From Lama glama (Eukaryota): a stretch of 64,000 nt of DNA. The translations under genes and the position numbers were made by a program. Each line of letters opens with the position of its first letter. The first letter of the stretch is position 1. Below the pieces are notes generated by a model that did not search any database, was not told the origin of the DNA, and saw nothing but the letters and a program-made list of their open reading frames with translations. Where the stretch lies: the NCBI GenBank assembly GCA_028534125.1, contig CM052817.1:16122001-16186000 (forward strand), read 5' to 3'. This document shows positions 23,201 through 36,960 of the stretch, piece by piece.

Positions 23201-24464
23201 AGGGGGGAGGGAAGGAGGTGATGGGGGAAGGGGGAGAACACTGAAACCTCCCGTCTCTCAGTTGTTTACCTCCTTTGAATCTCAATGGCCTTTCCTAGAC
23301 ACAGTGGGTAGAAAGAGGCTGGTTACTCTTGCTTTCACTTTTTTTTTCTAATATTTTGCTGTGGCTAGGCAATTACATATAATTTAACATAAAATCAGCT
23401 TTTGAGTGATACCAGACAAGGCAAAATGGAAGCTTCTATTCACTCATTCCATTAATACCTAAAGAGAGGTTACTCAATGAAGTTGAGAGGCAATATGTTT
23501 TTTGAATACATGCTTTTTGAAGGAAAAAAAAAACATTCCAATTGCATATCTCATTTAGGTTAAACGACAAAAGCCACACAAGTACTTACAGACACACACT
23601 CTCTAACACACTCCCCAGACCTATACAAACACAAAACACAAGCCTGTGCTGCTAATTCTGCTTTTATAAAGCATATTCCGAAAATTACAGGTTTGAGGTG
23701 CTGAAAACTTGAAGAACAGACAACATCGGTGAGTCAGAAAGTGGTGGAAATTTTTCCTTTTTTAATGTTAAGATACAGATCATCAACAGTCATTTACTGA
23801 AAAGAAACGTGTTCATTTTTAAACAAGACAGAAATTAAAACTGATGTAGCTCCTGTGTTTGTTTGAGTAATGATGCAACCAGGCATTAGTTTAAATCAGC
23901 TATTGCTGCTGTAATCAGTTTTCTCCCAAATTTACCATATCATTGTTATGCCTGGTTTATTGATGATTTTTGATGTATTCCCAATAAAAAAATTTTTTTC
24001 AACCTCATAAGTTATTTTTTTTTGCAAAGCCACAAAAGAGTTCTAATTTTTCTACAACTAGCCAGAGGAAACAAAGAATAAATCAAAACCTGAAACCAGA
24101 TAAGCAAACTTGCATTATGAAATGGAATTTCTGGAAAATATCGTGACAGCAAACATCTCGGTCAATTCCAAGGGAACGGTTAGACAATTCCGATGATTAA
24201 GTTTCCGCATTTCCATTGACTAGATAAAATTATGAAGAGTTCCTTCTTCTTAAACTTTAGGTCATAAGAAAAGTTTGAGCTGCCTTCCTTCTTTTCTTTC
24301 CATGATTGAGCCAAATATATTCACTCACACTGAGCTGTACACGGTGAAGCGGGCAGGAGAATTTCTGGGAGTGTTACCTAGCCAGGGCCATTAGGTTGGA
24401 TATTAAGCACACCAGCAAAGAGAATGGTCACACGTTGGATGGCTTACAAGGAAGAATGCACACA

Positions 24465-24890
24465 TTCATAGATTCACAGCAAACAATTATTGACCACCTA
24501 TTAAAAGCCAGGCTGAATGAAGATCGAGTGATAAATAAGACAGATCTTGTCCCTATTTCATGGAATGTCTAGTCAAACTCACCAAACTCAGAAACATTGG
24601 ATCATTCATTGAGTGCTTACCATGTGCCAGGAAAGAGTCTAAGCATTTTATACAATCATCGTCATAATCAAAATAACAGCTACTATGTTTATTAAGAGCC
24701 AGTAATCATTACTGTGCTAAATACTGTAGCCCTATGATACAAATGTTCCCCTCCCTTATTCGTCTCACCATGATGAGGAAAGAGGGGCTTAGGGAGGTCA
24801 AGGGAATTGTTCAAGACCATAGATACTAATAGCAGAAGACAGATTTGAACACAGGTCTACCTGATTCTGCCCCACGCTGGACCACCATGG
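24465..24890 (-). mobile_element. L2 3' end (~24465-24575) followed by MIR (~24600-24890)
   Basis: gataaataagacagatcttgtccct; cattgagtgcttaccatgtgccagg...gatgaggaaagaggggcttagggagg...gatttgaacacaggtctacctga. Confidence 0.7.
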
Positions 24891-25185
24891 TCTTCCACAC
24901 AGGGCTTTGTCAAAGTCCATTGGCAGTGAAGCGCAAGATGTCAAAATTAGATGTGATATGCATGGAGACAGGAGCCATCCCGAGGCTGACAGCATCACTG
25001 AACAGCTAGACCTCCGTTCTGGCTGGCCAGTCTCAGGAGCTGCTGGATACAGGCTGGAACCGGGCCCAAGGGTCCTCGGGATGAATTTCAATGGGCAAGA
25101 AAAAGTTTCTTCCAAACTGGGCTGCCTGATGCCTTCGTCTTGGGCATTAGCAAGGAAGAGAACATTCCTATTGATCACCCTAAAA

Positions 25186-25408
25186 TGGTGGTTCTCAACT
25201 GGGGATGAGTTTGCTCCCCCACCCCCAACAGGAGTCATCTGGCAGTGCCTGGAGACATTTTTCTCTGTGACTTGGTAAGGGTATGCTACTGGCATCTGGT
25301 GCTTAAAGGCCAGGGATGCCCCCGTAAACATCCTACAATGCACAGCCCCTCACAACAAAGAGTTCTCTGGTCCAAAATGTCAATACTGTTCACTGTTGAG
25401 AATCCCTG
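25186..25408. mobile_element. MER20 (hAT-Charlie MITE), near full length
   Basis: gtggttctcaactgggg...ctggagacattttt...gctactggcatct...aaacatcctacaatgcaca...gttgagaatccctg; degenerate 8-bp flanks ccctaaaa/ccttaaag. Confidence 0.9.
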
Positions 25409-25719
25409 CCTTAAAGTAGCCCTATGCTGCCTAGTGGATTTTTCTAAGAGAATGAGCCATAGAATGAACTGTATGCTTCTAAATTGCCAAGAAAGGAGCA
25501 TAGCCTACCTAGATGGTAGTCTCCAAAGTGAAGAGCAGGAAGAAAATGGTATGTCTTCCGTTCATCTGCCTGCACCTTGATGTTTCCATTTCTTGTGTAT
25601 GTTTTATGATGTTCCTAAAGTAGTAGCACATTAGTGCATGCAAATAACTTGTGTATGAACAAGTACACATTAATTGAAGGTAAATGCTCAGAACATTAAA
25701 AATACGTAAGTTGGAAATG

Positions 25720-26120
25720 TAGAGAAAGAGCTATAGATTTGGAATTAAGGAGATCTGGGATCCAATTCCCAACTCAGCCTCTAAATATTAAATGTATGAC
25801 CCTGGTTTAAGTGTCTGCAAAACAGGAATAAGAATAGTCAGCCCCCCAGGACTGTGTGGTGAATTAAATTCAAATGCGTATTAAACACCTAGCACATAGT
25901 AGCTACTCACTGAATATTCATGTCCTTTCCCCTCTTCCCTTTCCCCTCTGTTTTAGGCGGAAGGGCCTGGGACAGGTCACAAATCCTCTGTCCTGACTGT
26001 CTTCATCTATAATCGAATGATAAATATTCCATCTACTTTACAGAGTTGGAATGAAGGATTAAATTAGAAAACGGATATTAAAGTGCTACCAAAAATACAA
26101 GGAATTTATAAATACAAAGT
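25720..26120 (+). mobile_element. Two tandem MIR fragments
   Basis: gatctggga...tgtatgaccctgg...cctagcacatagtag; ggacaggtcac...tcatctataa...gaaggattaaattaga. Confidence 0.6.
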
Positions 26121-26869
26121 TGTTTTCCAAAATTGTGACTGTACAACCTTTTATCAAAGGTATTCCTGATAATTACTCCTTTGCCCAATTTGGAAACTCA
26201 AAGGTCAACATTCAAAAAGAAAAGGGCTTGATACTAATGACTCCATGTGGCTTTTTATTTTCTGCTTACCCTATTTCACCATCTTAGCTGAGAAAGTGCT
26301 TAAATATTGCAAAATCAGGAATTTCAACAGTGGTATAGCCAGCTCATCAGCATGGTGTTTGTTGGGTTTTTTTTTTTTTTTTTCTTTTCTGGAGGGAATT
26401 GATTCACAGGCCGTGAAAGCACATTGCATCACAGACTAACCACACAGAGGGGCCCAGACACTGTGTGCCTCCCGGATGGTGCTGACGTCAAACTGCAGGG
26501 CACGTGGCCCTGTGCATGCCCAGATCAGCACAATTCTCCCACGCTTACGGCCAGGGATTCATGCTTGATCATCTACAATTCTAAGTGCGTATTTCTAAAC
26601 TTTTGAAAGTGAAGTGTGTTCATGCAAGCACTCTTCACAAAGGTCAAAAGCAGGCGGGGGGCATGGCGCCCTCCTTGGAGGGCCCACACTCCTGTAATTT
26701 CTTCCAGTGGGAGCCTTGGAGATCTGGGGAACTCAGCCCCAACATGGGTGTCTCTGGCATTTTCTGATTTTCTCCTCTCACACTCCCTAATAGAGTTAAT
26801 AACAGTAATAGCACACCATTTTAAAGCACTTTTGATTTTTAAAAACTGTAATGAATATTATCTCCTTGA

Positions 26870-27010
26870 GTCTTTGAATTGCAACTGCTTATTTACTTAC
26901 TTAGACCAGCCACAAGACGCTGAACTCCTGAGAGCACATCCTGTAACTTACTCATGTCTTGGTATCCCCAGCGCCCCTCTAGCACGTGCACGGCTCATAG
27001 TAGGTGCTCA
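26870..27010 (+). mobile_element. L2 3' end (tail interrupted by a SINE)
   Basis: tgaactcctgagagca...gtatccccagcgcc...ggctcatagtaggtgctca. Confidence 0.7.
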
Positions 27011-27019
27011 CTCTCCATT

Positions 27020-27021
27020 TT

Positions 27022-27060
<39 letters not shown>

Positions 27061-27180
27061 TTTGGAGGGGGAGAGGCAATTAGGTTTATTTATTTATTTT
27101 TAAAGGAGATACTAGGGATCGAACCCAGGACCTCATGCATGCCAAGCATGCGCTCTGCCACTTGAGCTACACCCTCCTGG
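27020..27180 (-). mobile_element. tRNA-derived SINE, camelid Vic-1-like, with (AAAT)n tail
   Basis: Reverse complement ggagggtgtagctcaagtggcagagcgcatgcttggcatgcatgaggtcctgggttcgatccc; TSD actctccatt at 27010-27019 and 27183-27192. Confidence 0.9.
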
Positions 27181-27619
27181 TTACTCTCCATTCTTTCAAA
27201 GCATAATTAGATGAATACATATTCTCATCCTCACCTTCACCGTGAGAAACCTGAAACTCACAGACCTTAAGTCATGTGCCCAAAAACATGCTTTTATGTT
27301 ACAGAGACAATCCTAAACCCAAGTCCTCTGATCTCCATTTCACCAGAGACTCCAATATAGAAGGTAATTCCTACCTAAGGGAGGTAAATAGAAAGAAATC
27401 TGGAGGTTGAACGAGCTGCCAGGATCCAAGAGGGGGGACAACAGAATCATCTTACTCACTGATGCCAAATCTCTCCCCATGTGCCAGACATGCACTTTGT
27501 CCTAGGGAGAGAGGGGTACATGTCCCTGTAGCATGCGTGGCTGGTATGTCTAGGAAAAGGTGAGTGGGACCCTAACACCCCACCTTGGTCCAGGGTCTGA
27601 CACCCTGTTAGCCGGATCT

Positions 27620-27850
27620 CAAGCTCTGGAGTGATAGGGGCTGAGACTGAATCCAGGCACAGCCCCTTATACATGGTATCACCTTGGGCACTCTTTGCCT
27701 CTCTGCGCCCTCATCTGTAAAGTGGGGGAAATCATACAACATACTTCATAGGGGTATTGTAAGGATTAAATGAGCTCATGCATTTTTTAAAAATGCTTAA
27801 TACAGTGCCAGACACCTGCTCATAGGATGATAAGAGTCAACTACTGTCAC
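27620..27850 (+). mobile_element. MIR SINE
   Basis: ctctggagt...ctcatctgtaaagtgggg...gtattgtaaggattaaatgag...gcttaatacagtgccagacac. Confidence 0.8.
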
Positions 27851-27899
27851 TCTTGCACTGGCATATTCTACCTCTGTTATGCTCTCTCCTACTGTTTCC

Positions 27900-28180
27900 A
27901 TCACCCATGCCATCCAGCACCTTAGCACCACTCATCTGCATTGTTCCAAAGTCTTCCTAACTAGACTGCCTGCCTACGGCCCCACCTTTCCTTGAAACAT
28001 CTTCTTTCTAAACTCTTTCTGAAAAATCTCCTCTGATCATGAGACTCACTTGCGTGAACTCCTATGGCTTCCCCACAGCCTACAGGATGCTGTGCAGATT
28101 CCTTCATCTGACCGTCAAGATCTTTTCCAATCTGACTCCAACCTCCCGGTCAAGCCACATCTTCCATGCCTTTCCTATAG
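27900..28180 (+). mobile_element. L2 fragment
   Basis: tctgatcatgagactcacttgc...ctatggcttccccacagcctacaggat. Confidence 0.6.
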
Positions 28181-28349
28181 TCTTTGTTTCCTTGATCCTT
28201 GAGCATAATCAATGTAAAATCAAGAATGTGCATTGTTTGACGATCCAGGCACCTTTGATACCTGCATGGAACTATAAAAAATAATCTAAGTAATTTTAAA
28301 TTACACTCATTGAATTAACTTCATAAAATAACCAAATACTGAGGAATGT

Positions 28350-28590
28350 CACAGTTAAGAGGCTGGTTTTGGTGGTAGGCCGATGAGAGTTTCAATCACA
28401 ACTCTGGCACTTTTTAGCTCTGTGACCTTGAACCAGTTACCTAACCTCTCTGAAACCGACCTATTTCTTCTTTGGTGAAATACAGCTATTGTATGCTCTA
28501 TAGAATATTGCGAGAATTACATGGAATGATGCATTCAAAGCAGTCCTCACACTGCCTGGTACAGGGTACTCTCACAAAAAATGGCAGCTA
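28350..28590 (+). mobile_element. MIR SINE
   Basis: tagctctgtgaccttgaaccagttacctaacctctctga...cacactgcctggtaca. Confidence 0.75.
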
Positions 28591-29335
28591 AAACAAAAAG
28601 TTTCTAGTGTACATCAACAGTAAAAAAGGCTTCTGGTGATAATTGGGCAACTTGTTGGGAATCCTGGAGCCTACTTGCATATTGAACTAAGCCCCCTAAT
28701 GGGTAAGCCCCCAGCGAGAACCACAAGGCCTGCTTCTAGAAAAGCCAGTGAACATATGCTCTGAGACAGCTTTAAATAAGCACAAAGCACTCGGCGGCCC
28801 ACACACATTCTCCCAGCCCGTTCTCACCCACGGAGAGCAGAGAAAACACTGGTCACCACCCTTTCCTTTTCTCTTAACAGACCTGACCATGGACTTGGGC
28901 GAGTAAGAGCACGGTCATTCCAGGTTTATTGTGATGGCCTGGGCAGAGCCTCTCCAGGCCAACAGTGATTCAAAGGTGACAGCAACTGAAGGTAGAGGCC
29001 TTGCTGGTGGCCCACTGCTAGCCTGACCTGGAGCAAAGATCTGTCCGTGGTCCCCAAAAGGCTCCACGTCACACTGGCTGAGCTACAGGCTCTTCTCCAC
29101 GGCTCAACGGTCTTCAGCTGATCAGAGCACGAATGCACATTTGACTTGAACTCCCATGACCTATTGCGTATATAACCTTGTCTACATAACGGTTATGTAA
29201 CTCCAGCCTACTTAAGAAGGACAACTCCTGATGCATACATGTACAGATTTTGCAGACTTTCTCCCGAGAACTGGAAGCTGAAAAACGGTCCTTTTTTATC
29301 AAGTGGCTTGATAAAATATGATGCTAACTAGACAT

Positions 29336-29337
<2 letters not shown>

Positions 29338-29377
<40 letters not shown>
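29338..29377. repeat. (GT)~20 microsatellite
   Basis: Perfect GT run. Confidence 0.95.
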
Positions 29378-29378
<1 letters not shown>

Positions 29379-32300
29379 TGCACACTCGCAGGTGTGCATG
29401 CCTGAGTATGTGTGTTTGACACAGAAAGAGAAAGAAAAAGGCAGAGAGTCTTCCGCATCCAAAAATTCATCATTGATTATCTAACATGGCATGTTGGTTC
29501 AGGTAATTTAGGAAATTGAAATTATATGTTTGTACGGAATAACCTACACTTAAAAATAGTTGGCATGGTAGAAGGAACACTGACGAAGAGTTTAAAAACT
29601 TGCTTCGTGCAGCCTTAATAATGGGGCTAATTCAGAATTGCAGAGTTGGAGAGTTATGGGACTCAACGTAAAATGTCCCAGTTCACTGAGCACTGGAGCG
29701 ATGAAGAAAACACACATAAAAATTCTGATAAGAACGGAATGTGAGGCAAAAAGCACAATTTCCTCCCAATCTGGAATATCAGCAGGATTTGCGCTTGTTG
29801 TGGTGGTTTTCTGGGGTAGACGGTACATTACGGTGGAGCGTCAGCAGTAATGCTACATGGCAGCTCCTCAGAATACCATCTGCTTCCCCGGGAACTGTTA
29901 ATATACTTGTAATTATCTACTTCTAAGCACTTTATTGGGAATATCATTTGCAAATTAATCAACTACAGACCGGTAAAACAAATGACATGCTTCCCTGAAA
30001 ACAACAGCATTCTTTCACATTATTTTCCGAAGGATTTAGGAAAGCCAGAGGGTGGAGGGGTTTTACTAAAACATGCCTTGACAACCTTGCCCAGTGTATA
30101 CAAGAGGGGCAGAAAGAATTACAGCATCGAGTGTTCTAGAAAGGCCTTTGGAGGATTTGGACCGTGGAGAGGGGGAGGAGAGCATATGAACCTAAGAGGT
30201 AGGTAATGTTACCTGTGAGATGGACTCCAACTGACAGCTACACAATGGTGAAGACAGGGGTTTCCAGACTCTCCTGCAATTGCTCCCTCGGCTGGATGGT
30301 GCCGCCTTCTCCGTCTTACCCTCCGAACATTCCAGCTGTCTGTAGCGTGTGATGGCCCCTCCAGCAGAGGCCACTTGGGTCCATCTGCCGCAAGACAAGC
30401 AGCAGGGGTGCTAAGGGGAGACAGCCTCGTCTCTGGAACGCTCATCCTTAATTCTCCTGCCATAACTGAAATGCTCTCCCCAAAACAGGTGAAGCTTTGA
30501 AAGCAGAAAAGCAAAACATTTCCCTGAGAGCAAAGAGGGGGAAAGGCAAAGTATCTAAATGGCAGAAATTACCCAGCGGAGTCAGGGGACTCAGAATCCA
30601 GACACACTCCAGGTAGGCTGCCCCTCACTCTTGGTAAGCAGCATCCTTGAATGGCTCTGAGCCAGGGGCCTTCAAGTCTGTGGCTTCAACCCAGAGGTCC
30701 AGAGGAGGAAAAGAATGCCCATCACTATGATAGAGAACTCTAAGTGCACCTGCTGGGGGCACCGAATCTGAGAGCAGAAGAAGGAAATACTCACTGCCCT
30801 GCGCATCCTCTCCAGAGACGCTGAGTCTAGTCTGGGGAGAGAGCGGGCCTGTCTCCCCAGCATATGCCCAGGCTATCAGTGAACACATGGCTTCAGCCCT
30901 TCCTGTGATTTCCCCACCATCTTGTCAGCTCCCATGTCACATACAGAGTCAGGGCCACACCCAGAGAGAACGGCTTGTCCACACTGCCATGGGACATGGA
31001 GGATGCTGGTATCTGGTCAGTTTAGGAAGACCCAAGCTGAATTCTACGGATCAAAATAATGGTGTGTGGGCCTCATTAAATGATTTCTACAAGAATGTAC
31101 TAGGGTCCTTCTTGAGAGAGAGAGAAAAAAAGTGCTTAGAATCAGACAATCCTGGTAGTGAATCTTGCCTTTGCTAATGACCTTCATCTCATCATCTTTT
31201 GAATTTACTTTTTTATCAAGGGGGGTTTAATATCTTCTTAAAGGAGTTTATGTGCAATTTTAAAAATAATGCTGTACTTACTATGGAGGAAAAAGGAGAC
31301 AAAAATGAAGAGTTTTCAAAGAAACTTAGCAAGGTTTGTCAGGGAAGAGGTGGGAGGGAAAATGAAATAACACCATGTGAACGTCCAGGGTTCTCCTAGC
31401 TCCTGTGGGTCCAGAGGGAGTGGCCAAGACGGCCATAGTAGGGAAGTGCCCACGAGGGGTTAATGTAAGAAACATGCATTGAGCATTTACCGTACTAAGC
31501 AGATCAGACTGTCACACTCTGGATATCTTTGTGAGAAACTGCTTTCCAACAGAAAGGACAAAGCCCACGTCCCATTTGTTCTCGTAGCCCACCCCAGGCT
31601 GCAGAGTGAGATAAACGAAATGTCACAGGCATGGGGCTAGGTGCAGTGGAGAATGCAACCCAATCAACTTTTTCCAGCTCCTGTTACAATGAGTGTGCAG
31701 ACCTCTGAGGCAAGTAGTTTCACCCAGCGTATCTCAGGTGGGTATCACTTATCCAGTCTGACCAGACCTCTCTACTATGTGAAAGCTCCTCACACCAAAG
31801 GCCTGTCGTTTTGCTGCTGACTTCCCAGAAGATGGTACCTCATGGAGCTGACTTACTCAAAATCAGCTCTTATGATTTTTCTGAGGAGATAATGAGGTTC
31901 TTCAATAATGGAAAAAAAATCCACTGAGAATTGTTTTGCCCTTCAGTGTTTTGTTTTGTGTTGTTTTTTCTGGCCCAAATTGTTTCTTCCATGAAACATA
32001 AAAACAAAAAAATCACAGACCCTGGCCTCTTTTTACTCAAATGTTCAAGTGGATTTAAAGGGACAATTTCCAGAATCTACAAACAAAACTTACTACCAGA
32101 AAAAGGGTAGGAAGAAAATCTTACCCAGGAAGTGATTAAGTGAGGAGTGCCCCTTGGACTTTCTGATCATCCAAGATTCTCCCCAACTGAGGGAGCTCAC
32201 CAGGCATCAAGACCTCGTTTCGAGCCCGGGACCCTGAGCACATCATTTGTGCCTACTCCTCATCTTAAAACAGAACTAAGTAATATATCTACCTCTGTCG

Positions 32301-32699
32301 TAAAGACTGCATAAGAGGTAGCATGTGCAACGTGCCCAACACATAGCAGGTCCTCTATATTACATCTCCATCCCACAGAGTCCAGGGCAGCCCTCGGCAG
32401 ACTCTGGAATGGAGGTAACGTGTGGATGCCTGCGTGTGATGTGCTGAAGCAGGGAGAAGCATCAGTGAAGAACTTTTTTGTCCCCTCGGTATTTTCTCCC
32501 AGAATCTCAAGCAAAACTTCAACTGGCATGTGGTACATCTGTCTTCATAAGAAACAGTAGATAATTAAATTGAGTCAAGAACTGTAACGCCGCCTTAACT
32601 TCCAGAGAGACAAGGGTAGTATTAACAGTTTGTTGAGAAAATGTAGATATCTAACTTCCATTCTTGATCCTAGGGTCCTCTCTAGACCATTCCACACCT

Positions 32700-33200
32700 T
32701 CACAGAAGTGGCCACGGGGACGCTAGAGTGCAAGGAGCTGGTAGTACGTAAGTAGAGGCTGCTGTCACTGTTCAGGTGTGAGGATGTGAGCAATGGAGGG
32801 TGTTGGATGATATCATGGGAACAAGAAAAGGGACTAATAGAAGAGAACAGGGAAAGACAGACCCAACAGAGCTTGGCAACTGATTTGAAATGGCAAGGAA
32901 TCTTCTTTCCATTTTTAGCTAACATGTGCTCTTCTAATGTTTTTACAAGGAATGTGTAACGTTTGTATAAAGACAAGTTTTTTAAAAATTGTTAAAGTCA
33001 ATGACATACTCAAAAAAGGAAAGCATTCGTGACTACTCTAAGGCCTTAATCTTGAGTGACTGGGAGAAAATGCTGGTGCCATTGATACAAACATGGACAA
33101 TCAACAGAAACAAGTTTTCCAGTGTACAGATGGGAGAATGATAAATGATAAATTTATCCAGAGACATCTTGAATCTAAAATGTTGGGAGGGCACACAGAA
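32700..33200 (-). mobile_element. L2 fragments
   Basis: aacagagcttggcaactgattt; gactactctaagg...ttgagtgactgggagaaaatgctggtgccattga. Confidence 0.55.
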
Positions 33201-33249
33201 GCAACTGACATACAGCAAATGTCCAGGAAATGCTTTTCTAAAGAATAAA

Positions 33250-33670
33250 AACCTAAATGTCCATCGAAAGATGATTGGATAAAGAAGTTGTGATGTATAT
33301 ACACACACACACAATGGAATACTACTCAGCCATAAAAAGAATGAAATAATGCCATTTGCAGCCACATGGATTGACCTAGAGGTTATCATATTAAGTGAAA
33401 TGAGTCAGAGAAAGACAAATATCACATGATATCATTTATATGTGGAACCTTAAAAAATGACACAAATGAATTTATTTACGAAACAGCAACAGACTCACAG
33501 ATACAGAAAACAAATTTATGGTTACCAAAGGGAAAGGGGGAAGAAGGGATACACTGGGAGTTTGGGATTAGCAGATACAAACTACCATATACAGAATAGA
33601 TAAACAAGGTCCTAATGTATAGCACAGGGAGCTATATTCAATAACTTGTAGTGACCTATAATGAAAAAGA

Positions 33671-33701
<31 letters not shown>

Positions 33702-33787
33702 TATATATAGTTGAATCATTATGCTGTACACCAGAGACTAACACAACATTGTAAATCAGCTATGCTTCAGTCAATCAATCAATCAAT
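33250..33787 (+). mobile_element. L1 3' end (cetartiodactyl type) with internal (TA)n and (TCAA)n tail
   Basis: aacctaaatgtccatcg...caatggaatactactcagccataaaaagaatgaaataatgccatttgcagc...tatagcacagggagctatattcaa...tgctgtacaccaga. Confidence 0.92.
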
Positions 33788-35884
33788 GTCACAGACCACC
33801 TGCTCTGGGAATTAACAAACAGCTAGACCAGATTCTTAGCAAGCCTGGTACACAAAAGACTGAGTGGTAATAGTTGTCATAGGAAAAAGAGATTCCATGA
33901 TGAGTGTGGAAAACCCTGGCCATGACCATTCACACCAGTTCCCTCACACTCCGGAGGGCATGGGGAAGATGGCAGGTGCAAGGTAGTGCCTCAAGGCGGG
34001 AGCCAGAAAGGGAAGAAGGAGATGGCTTCTGTCACCTCTGCCAGGATGCAGAGCTGAACCAAGTCATTTGGGTCCCCCAAACAGTGGACAATTTGTCATC
34101 TTCTGCAAAAGGCATTGAAATGTTGGTTAAATATTTATTTAGAAGAGCGACAGAGAGCTTCAGACAGGAAGCACACAAGACGTAGCAGTACTCAGTCTTT
34201 TCTACCACGTCTCCAGCAACTGTGCTCTGGCCTGACCTTCCACATCCTGTTCAGCAAACCAGTTAACTGCTTCCATCCTCCGCAGAAGGCAGTTTAGGAA
34301 ACACCCACTGTTACTCAATGCGCCGCTTGAGATGACAGGCTCTCCCCACCAAGCTGTACAATGATGGCACCCTTTCCAACCACAATTTAGTCTGTCCTGA
34401 GTGGAGTTCTGGTAAACCAGACATCAGCTTCTTTTCACCCCCAGTGCTGTTGAAATGTCCCTTTGAGACTGGTATCCTGAGGACCTGCCTTTCTGCCCAC
34501 CTTTGACCCCGCCTGGACTGAGACACACATGCATAAGGTCAGCCCTTTTCTAGTGCCATCACCAAGTCCAAGATGGGGAGCACACAGTCCTCCTCCAATT
34601 AAAACAACGTAGTGCTGTCTGGGTAGAGTAAGAGGGGTACTTATTTTCCCCTGAGATTTCGAATTTCGACTGAATCAGAAATAGTGATGTGATGGCAGAA
34701 AGGTGAGCAGACGGGGGGCTGGTACCAGTCCAAACGTCCTGGAGATGTTTCACGGTCCCATGCCCCTTGGAAATGGAGCCAGGGAGACGGCTATGCTTTC
34801 TTACAAGTGCCAGCGCGTGGCTGGGGGTGGCCACACCTGGGCTGGCATGCTCTGAGCTCTTGTCGTCTGGCAGCAACCGTCCAGAATCTCTCCCCAACAC
34901 TGAGAGCGGCTGTCAAACGGATGCCTGTAGGCTGGGATTGCCACTTCCCCAGGCAGAATCTCACAAACGACAGCAAACAGGTTATCTGCTCCATCATACT
35001 GGGCTCTTGCTTCCCCTGAATTGTTTAGTGATGGAGTCAGTTTCCTGTCACCATTTGCATCGCTGCCTCCACCCCATGAGAGCCATCATCAAGATAAAGT
35101 CTCAGGGGAGGGGTCCTGCTCAGTTCACAGTCAATCAGTCACTGCGGTGTCGCCATTATTCCCTTAATGCTTATCCACCGTCACTGAACACCTGCAGCCG
35201 CTGGCTGGACTCCAGAGGCCCATCTCCCCTCCCCCAGATGTGGACAATTTAGAGGCTAGTTAAAAATGTCGGGGGAGGAATGATGTCTGAATATTTGATG
35301 CTCTGTGAGTGGTGCCTTGGGCCTGGAATTGGAGGCCACTCAGACGTGAACCATAAAGCCACTGCCGTGCTCTGGGGCTCCACCATCCGCCATCCCAGCC
35401 CTCCTGCTGAGAAGCCCCTTGGCAGGGTCCTTCCCAGTGACGACATCCAGGAAGAGGGTCCCACCTTTAAGAAGAAAAGATTTCTCTCTTTGGGCTGATT
35501 TTAGACACGAAGTTTAAAGTTTTCACTTCTTAAGAAATAAGCCCCCTTGCTTTACAATTCCTTTGTACAACTCCAGAAACTACTAAAAGAAATAACACAT
35601 CCTACTCCAGATGGGGAAAAGAAAATGAGGCTGTCTCCAACATTTACTCAAAAACTGCAACAGTCTTTTTTTTAAATCCACAGACAAATTAAATCTCGGT
35701 TCATTCTACTTTCTAGATGAAATTTTTAAAGAGGAGAGATCACAAAATTAAACAGTGAGAGAGGCTGGGAGTCATAGATTTAAAGAGAGACAGGAAAAAG
35801 AAGCAGCAATTCCCCAAAAGAGTTCTTAGTTTGGACTTTATCTAAATGTCTGTTATATTTTATTATAATTTTATTTTACATATA

Positions 35885-36100
35885 ATAGTAGTAGCTAATT
35901 TATTGAACACTTAGTATGTATCGTGTACTATCTGTGCATTTTGTAAGCATTAGCTCATTAATTTTATTGACTCTTTATAGCGATCTATGTGGTAGAATGG
36001 TGTTATCCTCATTTCTTACCTGAGGCAATTGGATAACCTGCCTAAGTGATGGCAGAGCTAGGATTTTATCCAGGTCTTTCTGACTCTGAAACCTGTTAAT
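35885..36100 (-). mobile_element. MIR SINE
   Basis: gctaatttattgaacactta...ttatcctcattt...ggcagagctaggatttt...caggtctttctgactc. Confidence 0.7.
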
Positions 36101-36724
36101 CACTGGGCAAAATTATCTTCCAAACAAGAATAAAATTTCATATAAATAAAATATACTACTAGTTTTTGACAACCAAACACAGAGGAGATATTTGCCTGGA
36201 CATAAAAGCACAAAGGAAATACATAAAATGGTAAGCTTTGAGAAACAATGGAACAACTATAATTAAATCAGCTAGTTGAAATGATTTGTTTGTTCCAATA
36301 ACAGTAAGACCTTTCTTCACTCAAAGTTTACTGTTCTGTCCGGCAGAGAGACAAAATGTTCTAGAAACATCCCAGATGCTGCAGCAGTTGGAACATTTGC
36401 ATTAATTTTAGCAAGTCCCAGGGTTTCGAACATCTGCCTCACTGAGAGACACCCATTGATAACACCAGGGGGACGGTAAAGGGTACCATCTCCAAGGGCA
36501 AAAGATGTCATCGGGGTGTTTGGCTCAGGACTTGAGTCAAAAGGCAGAGACGGCTGGAAAATGTGCTTTCGGCTGGCAAGACAGTAAATCTCATCCTCCC
36601 ATCCTAGACAGGGAAAGTGAGCTCATTAGCACAGAGCAGAACGTCCTCCAGGATCTAACATCTCCATCAACCTCTCTAGCCTCCTGCCTACACTGCAGTG
36701 TGTTACACTCATAGAAGGAAGTAA

Positions 36725-36960
36725 CTTGAGGTGGTTAACAGAATAGGCTATAAGCCAGACTGCGTGGCTTGATATCCCAGTGTTTCTACTTACTCTATGC
36801 ATCAACTTCTCTGTGCCTCAATTTCCTCTTCCTCATCCATCCATGACAATAATAATAATACCTAGTTCCTGGGGTCACTGTGGGGATTCAATGAGTATAC
36901 AAAGTGACTGAATCTTTGTCCAGCAGGTGGAAAATGCCATATACGAATGTTTGTTGCTAC
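36725..36960 (+). mobile_element. MIR SINE
   Basis: gtggttaa...agccagactgc...ctctgtgcctcaatttcctc...aataataataccta. Confidence 0.7.

Noticed and set aside
24798..25343. Longest ORF in the track (181 aa, minus)
   Set aside because: Spans MER20 and MIR sequence; no recognisable domain.
26616..27083. 155-aa ORF with a hydrophobic FIYL tail
   Set aside because: The tail is the (TTTA)n SINE tail and the middle is L2-derived.
30361..30374. CTCF-like motif ccagcagaggccac (others near 19682, 20408 and 47090)
   Set aside because: Each has a mismatch at a core position and cannot be supported from sequence alone.
34767..35252. 161-aa ORF
   Set aside because: TTG start, overlapping ORFs in several frames in a GC-richer patch, no homology recognised.
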